From an uncultured Gemmatimonadales bacterium (GTDB lineage: Bacteria > Gemmatimonadota > Gemmatimonadetes > Longimicrobiales > RSA9): a stretch of 64,000 nucleotides of DNA. This document shows, piece after piece, positions 19,904-29,474 of the stretch. The notes under the pieces are model-generated. The model was given only the letters and a program-made list of their open reading frames with translations. It was not told the DNA's origin and did no database searches. The stretch covers positions 1,984,001-2,048,000 of the forward strand of contig OY970192.1 of assembly GCA_963708135.1 (NCBI GenBank), written 5' to 3'. The position numbers and the translations under genes are program-made. Each line of letters opens with the position of its first letter. The stretch's first letter is position 1.

Positions 19904-21094
19904 CTACTGCTTCAGGATCCGGTATCCGACGACGGAGGGCACATCGAATTCGTCCTTGCTCACGCCCCAGAGCATCCCGGCGCCCGCCGCGTAGGGGACG
20001 AAGCCATGCGGCCCGTGGAGGGTAGCCATCGGCCGGCCGGTCCGCCCATCGAGGACCGTCAGGTCGTCGGTCCCGTAGGACGCGGCCGGCCGGGCAAGCC
20101 AGACGTCTCCGTTGGTGCCCACGAATACGCGATCGATCGGGGGCATGTACCTGGGGAGGTGGAGCGAGTCCCGGGCAAGGCGCATCGCCTCGTCCGACCT
20201 GGTACGCAGCAACAGGAATATCCGGGCCATGCGCTCTCGGACGCTGTCGGCGACGCGCTGGCCGATGGGCAGAGGCCGGTAATCGAGTGCTTCGTGGAAG
20301 ATCGTGTCCGCAGTGGGCCGGATACTCGTGACGTCGAATCGAGCAGCCCCTGCCGCCGTGGGTAGCCGCCGGGTTACCACCACGACCGCGCCGCCGCCCG
20401 GGGCGACCGCCACCACGTCGTCGCTTCGGAACGGATAAGGGAAGTTGATGATCGAATGACCGGTCCGGATGATGCCGTATGCGTGCTCGTTGCTCACCGA
20501 ACCGAGGCGGCCGATCTCGCCGCCCGCCGAATCCAGGAGCAGAAGCGGCAGGGCCGGTGACGAGCGCCTTCCCGTCGACGGGATCCCCAGGAAGCTTCCC
20601 CCGGCAAGCATTGCGGCGGGGGGCGTGGGCCGGGAAGAGAGCGGGAGCATCGGGCCGCGAACCGTAACATCTCGCAGCAACCGACCAGCGCTCGACCAGA
20701 GGGAAACGCGATACCTCGGCCGGTCTATAGTGACCAGCGTATCGCCGAGCCAACCGAGTGCGCGGAGCCCGCCGAATTCTCCCGGGCCGGCGCCACGACG
20801 GCCGAAGGAGCGCAGAAAACGGCCGCGCGCATCGAAGACCGCTACCGTCTGATCGAGGCGATCCGCCACGAACACGTCGCCCCGGCGCGAGACCGTGAGG
20901 TCGGCGATATCGCTCAGCACGAAGCTCGAGCCGCCATCGCCCGGGATTACGACGGCACGGTCGAGCCGCCATGTGGTGCCCTGGCCGTCAAGGGAGACTG
21001 CGGCAAAGGCTACGCCGATAGCAACCACAATCATCCCGACTGCGAGCCTCGCCGGCGCCTCCGCGAAAGGTCGGTACTTTATGGCTGTTGGCAC
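19904..21094 (-). CDS. Beta-propeller (NHL/6-bladed-like) secreted protein B
   Basis: GGAGG RBS before GTG; hydrophobic leader; VFDARGRFLRSFGRRGAGPGEF; C-terminal KDEFDVPSVVGYRI. Confidence 0.82.
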   Translation of the reverse strand: MPTAIKYRPFAEAPARLAVGMIVVAIGVAFAAVSLDGQGTTWRLDRAVVIPGDGGSSFVLSDIADLTVSRRGDVFVADRLDQTVAVFDARGRFLRSFGRRGAGPGEFGGLRALGWLGDTLVTIDRPRYRVSLWSSAGRLLRDVTVRGPMLPLSSRPTPPAAMLAGGSFLGIPSTGRRSSPALPLLLLDSAGGEIGRLGSVSNEHAYGIIRTGHSIINFPYPFRSDDVVAVAPGGGAVVVVTRRLPTAAGAARFDVTSIRPTADTIFHEALDYRPLPIGQRVADSVRERMARIFLLLRTRSDEAMRLARDSLHLPRYMPPIDRVFVGTNGDVWLARPAASYGTDDLTVLDGRTGRPMATLHGPHGFVPYAAGAGMLWGVSKDEFDVPSVVGYRILKQ

Positions 21095-21265
21095 TGATTG
21101 CCCTCCCGCCGCGTCACATTAGGTGGATCGCCTTGATCCGATCTGTGGCATTAGCAAATGCGGCACCACGACAGGAGCGCGGGCCGCGTGCGAGCCGGAG
21201 ATTACCTGGGAACCAGAACGGCCTCGACCGCGGGCGCGCCCAGAGGGCTTGGCCGCTCGAGTAAC

Positions 21266-21454
21266 GCGGCGGCGCGGCCAGGCCGCAGCCGCACGTCGAG
21301 GACGGCCGTGTTCAGCCCGCTCGTCTCGTCGCTGCCGGCCACGGCGGCCTGGCGGCGGATGCGGACGAGGACCGAGGCGACGTCGCCGTCGCGCCGCAGC
21401 GCCGCCTCGACCCGCGCGGCCTTCTCCGACGTCGCCTCCATGGTGGAGCCGCGG
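21266..21454 (-). repeat. Near-identical copy of an internal RND1 segment (27579-27767)
   Basis: Ungapped alignment at offset 6313, about 8 mismatches; reads [20 protein letters not shown]...[15 protein letters not shown]. Confidence 0.95.
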
Positions 21455-21735
21455 ATCTAGTGAATCCTTTGCGACCGCGAATGCGTGACCCATGGCTGCG
21501 GCCATCACCCGAGCACCGAGAGGCACCGCGACAATCGCCTTTACCCTGCCACTGCGGCCGATCACGTTCCAAAGGCTGCGGCCGCGCACAACCTGCTCGC
21601 GTTGCAGCCAGATGGCGCCGTCATTGGCCCCGAAGCCGGCCGTCACCGGAGGGAGATGCTTCGGCAGGAACAGCGCCTCTCGGACCCGTTTCTCAGCCGC
21701 GCCGCGCGCCGTAATGGCCGGCCCGCGTGCATGCA
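21455..21735 (-). pseudogene. C-terminal remnant of a B-like beta-propeller gene (C)
   Basis: VREALFLPKHLPPV...DGAIWL...VAKDSLD parallels ARDSLHLPRYMPPI...GDVWL...SKDEFD of protein B. Confidence 0.75.
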
Positions 21736-21737
21736 GT

Positions 21738-22265
21738 CTAACTCCCCCGCCGCGATCCCCGCGGATTGTTGAGTTCCACGTTGTGCATCTCATCGTCCGC
21801 ACTGAACCCGTCGCCGGTGAGCCACGTTCCGTTCTGCTGGATCCTCGTCTTAACCGTGCTCCCCACACAATGCGCGCTCGGACAAAAGTAGAGGTTTTCC
21901 GTCTCGATCCGGCGGTTCCCCTCCCGGGTGACGAGTACGACGCTGCCGCGTGCCAGCACGGTCTCCGTTCGCTCATTCAGGGTCCCGGACCGGGAAGTCA
22001 GAGCCGCGGTTTCTCGACCGTCGGCGCCGAAGATCGTGACGCGCACCCCCCAAAGCTCGTCCCGCGCCGAGTCTCTGAAAGCGTAGGCGCTGTCCGCGGT
22101 GAGCACGCCCCGCCGGATCCCGCCCGGTGTGATATTGTGCTGCACACCAAACATCACCCAGTCGGCCGCCGACCCGCGCTCTCGGGCAGCAGCTGTCGGT
22201 TCGTGCGCCACCCCGCTGCACGCTGGCGCGATCAGGATTAAGCTGATCCGCGCGAGTCTCTTCAT
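21738..22265 (-). CDS. LptC-like LPS export periplasmic protein
   Basis: APA-C leader; LTADSAY, LTSRSG, ARGSVV, IETENLY, GDGFSAD beta-jellyroll pattern. Confidence 0.72.
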   Translation of the reverse strand: MKRLARISLILIAPACSGVAHEPTAAARERGSAADWVMFGVQHNITPGGIRRGVLTADSAYAFRDSARDELWGVRVTIFGADGRETAALTSRSGTLNERTETVLARGSVVLVTREGNRRIETENLYFCPSAHCVGSTVKTRIQQNGTWLTGDGFSADDEMHNVELNNPRGSRRGS

Positions 22266-22320
22266 TCTCTGCCCTCTTCCGGGCTCCACGGGTTACGGAG
22301 CTACGGGAACTCAGGTACCA

Positions 22321-22925
22321 CCGTCATCCCAAGCCCTCTCGCCGGATCCGCTTGAGGTCCAGCCTGCCGGCGATGAGCGGTCACAGCATGTACTCGCGAA
22401 ATACGTCGGGCTCTCCAGCCGGTTACCCCGAGCCGGATCTCCTTCGATTGCGCTACGCCATGAAGCCGACAGCCGCGGCGGAATCGAGGCTGCACAGGGC
22501 CAGCCAGCGCTGGCGGCGCCTCGATGGGGCTCAACTTTCCCCCCTCGTCCGGGCGGGAGTGCGGTTCGTCAACGGCGTCAGCCAGCAGCGAGAAGAGCTG
22601 CGGACGCGGGCCGCCTGATCAACCCCAGATCCTACAACGTTTGAGAATACCTCCGGCGGCGGAGTCCATATCCGATTGATGCTCAGCATGCTTGGGCCCA
22701 GCCGGCTGTGTGGAACGTGTACTCTCACGGATAGCCGAGCGCACCCTTTGCCCCACCACCCCCGTTGACCTCAGGGATCAGGGGCGCCCATGTTGTCGCG
22801 CCGGTGAACTCGTTGCCGGCGGCCCGTTGAAAGTCCCGCCTGTGAGCAGTTCCGCTCCACACGCAGTCGTTGACTACGAATTCGTCGAACACCACCAGCC
22901 TCTGAATGGGTGGACTATAGCGCTC
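22321..22925 (-). pseudogene. Heavily decayed A-like beta-propeller gene (D), interrupted by an IS256 remnant
   Basis: 22323-22457 aligns at DNA level to 18425-18560; fragments WAPLIPEV, GYP*EYTFHTAGW, MLSINRIWTP match RAPYVPKV, GCPRTYSFDVSGW, VLRISRAWTP of protein A; stops and frameshifts. Confidence 0.72.
22490..22653 (+). mobile_element. IS256-family remnant (transposase C-terminus and right end)
   Basis: RASQRWRRLDGAQL..LVRAGVRFVNG...AA-stop followed by ..CAACGTTTGAGAATACCTC, resembling IS256 termini as I recall them. Confidence 0.7.
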
Positions 22926-22947
22926 AGGTGCCGCCGCGACGCGCCCG

Positions 22948-24423
22948 TCAGCGCCGCGGCAGTTCCCGTCCGGAACGCACAAAATCCGGTGACCTGGCTA
23001 TAGCCGTTCCCTCGACGCCCCCAGCCTTCGCGCGCGTGGAACAGGAACGCGTGGAGTTCGTGCACAATTCCCCTGCGGGACCTATAAGCCGTTCGCTGCC
23101 CTGAACATTCACTGACGCCCGACGAGCGTCGCTTCCGCAAACACACAGCACCCGCAGAATGTCCGTGTCCAACGAATCCCTGGCCTGCAAAATGACGAGG
23201 GTTGTAGACCCGGCCACGACCGTGCCGTCTGACGGGAGGCGCAGGCTCCCGAGAACTGCCCCGCTGGAGCGGAGTAGCAGCCAATCGGCGGACGCAGCCG
23301 AGGAGTGCGGCGTTTCCCGAACCCACACCGCGTGGTCCGAGGCCCCGATGATCGCATCGTAGCTAGGCAGAACATGGCTCGCCGGAGTGGCGTCCACCGC
23401 TCGCGCATAGGCCGCCCTGATCTTGACCCAGTCACCCGCCGAGAGCGCGCTACGCCATCGTTTCCACTTTTGCTCGGTCGACTGCTCCCGTCTCACGCGC
23501 TCGTGCTCGATATCCTCGTGGGTCGCAGGTTCGTGCCCTATCCTTACCGCCGTGGTTGGCAATTCCCTCCCCTGCATATCGAAGCGTCGCAGCTTCAGTG
23601 AATCACTCGTGCCAACCCACAGGGTCCGCCCCACCAACGCGGAATGCGTCCGCGGACCAAGGATCACGTCCTGGAAACTCCTGAAGCGGGGTTCGCTGTA
23701 CAGCCACGCTCGGGGATTCTGTTGCCGCGTCAGTACTCGGAGTGGGCGGGACCCGCCGTCAAAAAACGTGAACGTGGTCGTATCAATGACCGGCATCTCG
23801 CCCGGCCTGTCCTGAGCGCTGCCCCGGGAGCCTCGATCAGCAAAAACCACTGAACACCCGGAGACAAATCCGACCAACGTGGGCCGGAGCTGAGAGAATG
23901 CGGACAAAGAGGGATGCCACGTAGCAAGCACCGCACCTTGGCTAGAGAGGTGCGTAACTCTGACGAGCTGGACATCCCAGATACACAGGCCTCCAACTGG
24001 ATCGAAGCCGATCCTCCCAATGGCCTCCGTCATCCCGGGCCCGCTGCCGCGGCCCCCGAAACTGCGAAGGTACCTCCCGCCTAGCGTGAATAGCTCCACT
24101 CGCTGAGTGTACTCGTCAGCCACGGCGAGAAGGCTGTCGGCAAACATTGCGACGCCCCGGATCTTGCCGAAGGCTGCGGGACCTTCTGCCGCCGCCCCCC
24201 CGATCCTAGCTATCTCCCGGTATCGAAGCGCCGGGTATCCATCTGTCCGCATTTGGCCGTTGGCGGGATCCCCGCCTGCACACGCGCCTGCTGGCGCACC
24301 CAGAGCAACCCACAAGAGAACGAGGTAAGCCGAGCATCTGTGCCGGGTATCCGAGACTCTGGCGGCTCCAATGCGGCACGCGATCGGAAACTGACGCACC
24401 CTACCGCTGTTGCCGGCCCCCAA
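22948..24423 (-). CDS. Beta-propeller (NHL/6-bladed-like) lipoprotein E
   Basis: AGA-C lipobox-like site; GRYLRSFGGRGSGPGM, VWVRE, RDSLDTD; start uncertain and C-terminus may be read-through. Confidence 0.75.
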   Translation of the reverse strand: MGAGNSGRVRQFPIACRIGAARVSDTRHRCSAYLVLLWVALGAPAGACAGGDPANGQMRTDGYPALRYREIARIGGAAAEGPAAFGKIRGVAMFADSLLAVADEYTQRVELFTLGGRYLRSFGGRGSGPGMTEAIGRIGFDPVGGLCIWDVQLVRVTHLSSQGAVLATWHPSLSAFSQLRPTLVGFVSGCSVVFADRGSRGSAQDRPGEMPVIDTTTFTFFDGGSRPLRVLTRQQNPRAWLYSEPRFRSFQDVILGPRTHSALVGRTLWVGTSDSLKLRRFDMQGRELPTTAVRIGHEPATHEDIEHERVRREQSTEQKWKRWRSALSAGDWVKIRAAYARAVDATPASHVLPSYDAIIGASDHAVWVRETPHSSAASADWLLLRSSGAVLGSLRLPSDGTVVAGSTTLVILQARDSLDTDILRVLCVCGSDARRASVNVQGSERLIGPAGELCTNSTRSCSTRAKAGGVEGTAIARSPDFVRSGRELPRR

Positions 24424-24434
24424 ACATGACCTCC

Positions 24435-25095
24435 CAGTACTGTCCGGTTAAGCTGAGATGATGATGCCGTAACGGATTGCTACATGGTGCGTTACGACGT
24501 TTTGGTTGCCGCACCGATTTGAACTTCGCTCCTGCGCCGCTATCCTGCCCGGACCCCCCGGCCGGAGTAGCGCATGAATCCCGGAAGCACGGTTTTCTCA
24601 CAGGTGATGGCCCACGCATCTCGCTTCGCGCTCGATCGGTGCATCCGCCGCTACCACGGCAACCGGAGGGTCCGACGTTTCTCGTGTCGGGACCAGTTCC
24701 TCGCCATGGCCTTTGCCCAGCTCACCTACCGGGAGAGCCTGCGGGACCTCGAGGCCACCCTCGGGGCGGCCCCCGAGAAGCTGTACCATCTTGGCTTCCG
24801 TTCGCCGCTCTCTCGCAGCACGCTCGCCGATGCGAACGAGAATCGCGACTGGCGCATCTACGCCGATTTCGCTCAACGCCTGATCGCAGACGCGCGTCGG
24901 CTCTACGCCGACGACACGTTGGGGATCGAGCTCACGAACACCGTCTACGCGCTGGATTCCACCACGATCGACCTGTGTTTGTCGCTGTTCCCCTGGGCCT
25001 CGTTTCGTACGAGCAAAGGCGGCGTGAAGCTGCATACACTGCTCGACTTGGCAGGCAGGATCCCCGCCTACGCCTGGATCACGGACGCGAGCACC
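24435..25095 (+). mobile_element. Truncated IS4-family element (DUF4372-type transposase 24574 to about 25095)
   Basis: Left end CAGTACTGTCCGGTTAAG; VFSQ, FSCRDQFLAMAFAQLTYRESLRD, SRSTLADAN, ALDSTTIDL, VKLHTLLDL; homology stops after ITD. Confidence 0.9.
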
Positions 25096-25122
25096 AAGGG
25101 AGCCAAGCCGCAACTGCGAATC

Positions 25123-25138
25123 AGCAACGCCCATGCCC
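25123..25138 (-). promoter_or_regulatory. Sigma54 -24/-12 promoter
   Basis: Minus strand GGCATGGGCGTTGCT = GG-N10-GC with GGCA and TTGCT; about 230 bp downstream of a bEBP gene. Confidence 0.7.
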
Positions 25139-25227
25139 CGTTTCTCCAGTTAAGGGCGCATTTTGTAACCGATGCTACAGCAATGCGTTGGGCCGTCCGC
25201 TTCGCCTCGCAGGGGGCATCACCGGAC

Positions 25228-25347
25228 TGCAAGTCACGTTGCGGCGAACGGCGCTCGTCGGCGTGAGCATCTCTCGTAAGTCATTGCAGCGTAAGCGTCT
25301 GTCAGTGAGCGCAAAGACTAGCGAGAGGGTCCGCTAGAATCTTTGCA
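25228..25347. promoter_or_regulatory. Candidate enhancer (UAS) and IHF-like sites for the sigma54 promoter
   Basis: TGCAAGTCACGTTGCG (25228-25243); TAAGTCATTG (25277-25286); inverted pair GCAAAGACTAGCG and CGCTAGAATCTTTGC. Confidence 0.45.
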
Positions 25348-25365
25348 GCCCCAACAGTGCTGCAT

Positions 25366-26406
25366 CTACGGTGTGCGTCCGAATACCGATGCCTCAATCC
25401 CGAGTCTCTTCGCCCGTGCCTGCAAGGCCTGTCGCGACATGTTCAGCCTGCGTGCGGCCTCGGAGAAGTTCCAGCCGGCCGCTTGGAGGTGCTTCACGAG
25501 GAGCCGTTTCTCGAACTCTGCCATCAGGACCTTGTAACCGGCATGCCCGCCGCCGGGCCTGGCCGCGGCGGATCGCGGCCTGAGCGCCCTTTCCATATCG
25601 GCAGCCCCGATCTCGACGTGCTCGTCATCGCAGTGGAGAGAGGCACGCGCTAGCACATTCTGCAACTCGCGGACGTTCCCGGCCCACGGGTGCGCGAGGA
25701 GGAGCGCTATGGCGCCCGGTGTCGGGTGGAGCACCGGAATCGAGTACCGTTCGGCCTGACGCTCAAGAAACTCTTCCACGAGCAACGGGATATCGTCTGT
25801 TCGCTCCCGGAGCGGCGGCAGGTGAACCGCGATCACATCGAGGCGGTACCACAGATCGTCCCGGAACCGACCCGCCTCGACTTCCGCCGCAAGTGGCGTG
25901 TTGGTCGCGCAGACAACCCGCACGTTGACCGTTCGCGGCCGGACGCGTCCGAGCGGCACGACCTGCCCGGTCTCCAACACGCGCAGGAGCTGCCCCTGGA
26001 CCTCAAGCGGGAGTGAATTGATCTCGTCCAGGAACAGCGTGCCGCCATCCGCCTCCACGAATGCTCCCGGCGTATCGCGGTCGGCGCCGGTGAACGCACC
26101 CTTGACGTGGCCGAACAGGCGGCTCGCGGCCAGGTCGCGAAGGCCGGCGCCGTTCAGGCACACCAGCGGCCCCTTCCGCTTCCAGGCCGCGTGGAGTCCG
26201 CGGGCCGCCAGCTCCTTCCCCGTCCCGGTTTCCCCCACGAGGAGGACGGGCTCCGCCCTGCGACTCGCGAGCGCGAGCATCCGGCGTGCCTGCCGCATTG
26301 CCTCGCTGCCGCCCAGCAGCGCGGCGAACGGATCACCGTCCGGAGCTGAACGAACCTGCCCGAACGGCTGTGTTCGCCGGCTCTCCGGCACCTGCATGCT
26401 GGACAT
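25366..26406 (-). CDS. Sigma54-dependent transcriptional activator (bEBP) without a sensory domain
   Basis: [28 protein letters not shown], Fis-type HTH; AGGAGG RBS; only about 25 aa before the AAA+ domain. Confidence 0.93.
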   Translation of the reverse strand: MSSMQVPESRRTQPFGQVRSAPDGDPFAALLGGSEAMRQARRMLALASRRAEPVLLVGETGTGKELAARGLHAAWKRKGPLVCLNGAGLRDLAASRLFGHVKGAFTGADRDTPGAFVEADGGTLFLDEINSLPLEVQGQLLRVLETGQVVPLGRVRPRTVNVRVVCATNTPLAAEVEAGRFRDDLWYRLDVIAVHLPPLRERTDDIPLLVEEFLERQAERYSIPVLHPTPGAIALLLAHPWAGNVRELQNVLARASLHCDDEHVEIGAADMERALRPRSAAARPGGGHAGYKVLMAEFEKRLLVKHLQAAGWNFSEAARRLNMSRQALQARAKRLGIEASVFGRTP

Positions 26407-29400
26407 ACTCCTCCTGGGCTTTGGGCGCCCGAGCGGATTCCACCACCTCGTACACGACCGGCACCACGATCAGCGTCAACGTCGTGGACGTCACCAGCCC
26501 CCCAAACAGCGCGATGGCGAGCGGCGCCTGCAGCCCCGCGCCGGCGCCGATCCCGAGCGCCATGGGCAGCACCCCCAGCATTGTCGTCACGGAGGTGAGC
26601 ACGATGGGCCGCAGCCGCGCGCGGCCGGCGGCGTGGATCGCCTCGCGGAGTGGCATCCCCTCGCGGCGCAGGCGGTTGATGAAGTCGATCTTCACGACGG
26701 CGTCGTTCTCGGCGATGCCGGCGAGCACGACGAGGCCGATGAGGGAGACGCTGTTGAGGCCGGCGCCGCTGATCCAAAGCGTCAGGAATGCGCCGACGAG
26801 GGCGAGCGGCACGCTGAGCAGCATGATGACGGGTTGGAGGAAGCTCTCGAACTCGGCGGCGAGGATCATGTAGACGAGGAGCATGGCGACGGCGAAGGCG
26901 AACGCCAGACCGCGGAAGGCGCGGCGCATCTCCTCGTTCGCGCCGCCGACCTCGACCTGGACGCCGGCCGGCGGGTCCAGGCCGGTGAGCGCCTGGCGGA
27001 TCTCGCGCACCGCGTGATCGAGGCCGCCGCGCGCCACGTCCGCGAGCACGGGGACGACCTGCGCCTGGTTGGCGCGGCGCACCTCCGCGGGGCCGAGGCG
27101 GGTCCGGCTTCGGACCAGCTCCCGGAGCGGAACGCCGGCGACGCGCAGCAGCCCGAGCGCCTCCGCGGAGCGCCGGTCGGCGGCCGGCAGCCGGACCAGG
27201 ACGGGCACCTTGCGGTCGAAGTCGACGAGCCGGGTGGCGACCCTCCCGCGCGTGTAGTCCGCCACCGCGTCGGCGACGCGGCTCGGCTCGATGCCGTATG
27301 CGGCGGCGGCCTCGCGGTCGACGCCGATCTCGATCTCGGGCTGCCCCAGCTCCGTGCCGAGGCGCACGTTGGTGACGTCGCCGAGATGCGCGAGGCGGTC
27401 CTCGACACGGCGCGCATACGCCAGCGAGCCGTCCAGGTCCTCGCCCCGGACGCGGACGGCGATGTCCGCATTGCCGGCGCCGAGCAGCATGCCGAGCGAC
27501 GTCGCCTGACCCTGCTCGACGTCCACCTCGCCGGGCGGCAGTCCGCGCAGCCGCGCGCGCAGGCGGCGCACGACGGGAGCGGTGGCGCGGCCAGGCCGCA
27601 GCCGCACGTCGAGGACGGCCGTGTTCAGCCCGCTCGTCTCGTCGCTGCCGGCCACGGCGGCCTGGCGGCCGATGCGGGCGAGGACCGAGGCGACGTCGCC
27701 GTCGCGCCGCAGCGCCGCCTCGACCCGCGCGGCCTCCTCCGACGTCGCCTCGAGCGTCGAGCCGCGGGGCCGCTCGATGCGCACGCGGAAGGCGCCCTGG
27801 TCCACGCGCGGGAGCACGCTGCGTGGCAGCGCGAACCCGGCGAGGGCGCCCAGGCCGAGCAGCAGCGCGGCCGCGGCGAGGGTGCGGGCCCGCCGCCGGA
27901 GCGCGGCATCGAGAACGCGCTCGTAGGCGGCGGCGAAGCGGGCGTAGCCGCGGTCCACGGCGGCGAAGACGAGCGCCCGCGAGCCATCGCCCGCGGCCGC
28001 CCAGCGCGCCGCGAGCGCGGGCACCACCGTGAACGCCACCAGCACGCTGGCGAGCAGCGAGAAGGCCACGGAAAGCGAGAGCGCGCCGAACAGCCTGCCG
28101 GCCACGCCCTGGACGTAGATGATCGGCCCGAACACCGCCACCGTCGTGAGGGTGGAGGCGAGCACGGCGCGCTGGACCTCATCCGCGCCGAGCACGGCCG
28201 CCACGCCGGCCGGCCGCCCGGATTCGCGATGGCGCACGACGTTCTCGACCACGACGATCGCGTTGTCGACGAGCATGCCGATGCCGAGGGCGAGGCCGCC
28301 CAGCGTCATGAGGTTGAGCGTGGCGCCGGCGGCGTCCAGGAGCGAGAAGGCGGCGAGGACGGAAAGCGGGATGGCCGTGGCGATGGCGAGGGGGTAGCGG
28401 ACGTCGCCGAGGAAGAGGAAGAGCACGAGGAAGGCGAGCAGCCCGCCGAAGACGACCTGCTGCTCGACCGTGCCGATGGCGGCGCGGATGAAGCCGGCCT
28501 GACTGCTGGCCACGGCCAGCCGGACGCGCGGGTACTCGCGGCGGAGCTGGGCGAGCACCGCGTCCACGCGCGCCGCCACGCGCGCCGTGTTGGCGCCCGA
28601 TTCCTTGAAGACGAGCAGCGCGACGGCCTCCCGGCCGTCGTAGCGCACGATGGACTCCCGCTCCCTGAAGCCGTCCTCGACGGAAGCGACGTCTCCCACC
28701 GTGAGCGCGCCGCCCGCGCTGTCGTCTCCGGGCAGCGCCACCGCGCGGATCTCGCCGGCGCCGGCAAGCTCGCCCGAGGTGCGCAGCGGGTAGCGGAAGC
28801 GGCCGCGCAGGATCGTGCCGCCCGGCGCGCTGGCGTTCGCCGCGTCAATGGCGGCGGAGACGTCGCCGATGGAAAGGCCGTGACTCTCGAGCGCCGCGGG
28901 GTCGACGGCCACGTGGACCTCGCGCTCGAGCCCGCCGGTCACCGCCGCCTGCGCCACGCCATCGATCTGCTCGAGGCGACGCTTCACGACCGAGCGCGCC
29001 AGCGCCTCGAGCGCCGCCAGGTCGCCGCCGCCGCCGGCCACGGTCACGGCGAGGATCGGCTCGCTACGCGGGTCGGTGCGAAGCACGGCGGGCCGGTCCG
29101 CGCGCTCGGGAAGGCCGCCGGCCAGGTTGTCGAGCTTCTCGCGCACGCCGAGGACGGCGAAGTCCATGTCCGTGCCCCAGGAGAAGCGGAGCGTCACGAG
29201 CGAGATGCCCTCGCGGCTCGAGCTCTCGACGTGGAGCACGCCCGGCACGGTGGAGACGGCCTGCTCGATGGGCTCGGTGACGAAGCGGGCCACCTCCGCC
29301 GGCGCCACGTCGGGGTACGCGGTCGAGACCACGAGCTGCGGGTAGGCGATGTCCGGCAGCAGGTCGATGGGCAGCCGGCCAAGCGAGATCGCGCCGACCA

Positions 29401-29467
29401 TGGCCACGGCCAGGAAGAACATGGCCACGGCCACGGGCCGTCGGGCGGAGACGGAGGGAAGCGACAC
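26333..29467 (-). CDS. RND (AcrB/AcrD/AcrF family) efflux permease 1
   Basis: [39 protein letters not shown]. Confidence 0.95.
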   Translation of the reverse strand: MSLPSVSARRPVAVAMFFLAVAMVGAISLGRLPIDLLPDIAYPQLVVSTAYPDVAPAEVARFVTEPIEQAVSTVPGVLHVESSSREGISLVTLRFSWGTDMDFAVLGVREKLDNLAGGLPERADRPAVLRTDPRSEPILAVTVAGGGGDLAALEALARSVVKRRLEQIDGVAQAAVTGGLEREVHVAVDPAALESHGLSIGDVSAAIDAANASAPGGTILRGRFRYPLRTSGELAGAGEIRAVALPGDDSAGGALTVGDVASVEDGFRERESIVRYDGREAVALLVFKESGANTARVAARVDAVLAQLRREYPRVRLAVASSQAGFIRAAIGTVEQQVVFGGLLAFLVLFLFLGDVRYPLAIATAIPLSVLAAFSLLDAAGATLNLMTLGGLALGIGMLVDNAIVVVENVVRHRESGRPAGVAAVLGADEVQRAVLASTLTTVAVFGPIIYVQGVAGRLFGALSLSVAFSLLASVLVAFTVVPALAARWAAAGDGSRALVFAAVDRGYARFAAAYERVLDAALRRRARTLAAAALLLGLGALAGFALPRSVLPRVDQGAFRVRIERPRGSTLEATSEEAARVEAALRRDGDVASVLARIGRQAAVAGSDETSGLNTAVLDVRLRPGRATAPVVRRLRARLRGLPPGEVDVEQGQATSLGMLLGAGNADIAVRVRGEDLDGSLAYARRVEDRLAHLGDVTNVRLGTELGQPEIEIGVDREAAAAYGIEPSRVADAVADYTRGRVATRLVDFDRKVPVLVRLPAADRRSAEALGLLRVAGVPLRELVRSRTRLGPAEVRRANQAQVVPVLADVARGGLDHAVREIRQALTGLDPPAGVQVEVGGANEEMRRAFRGLAFAFAVAMLLVYMILAAEFESFLQPVIMLLSVPLALVGAFLTLWISGAGLNSVSLIGLVVLAGIAENDAVVKIDFINRLRREGMPLREAIHAAGRARLRPIVLTSVTTMLGVLPMALGIGAGAGLQAPLAIALFGGLVTSTTLTLIVVPVVYEVVESARAPKAQEEYVQHAGAGEPANTAVRAGSFSSGR

Positions 29468-29474
29468 GGCGCCC

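Noticed and set aside
21119..21976. 285-aa ORF
   Set aside because: Chimeric read-through of an lptC alternate frame, propeller remnant C and the RND1 scrap
25096..25266. C-terminal part of the 230-aa transposase ORF
   Set aside because: Not transposase-like; reads through the sigma54 promoter region
21266..27767. DGR template/variable repeat pair
   Set aside because: No reverse transcriptase in the window, mismatches are not adenine-specific, and the segment is internal to an RND gene
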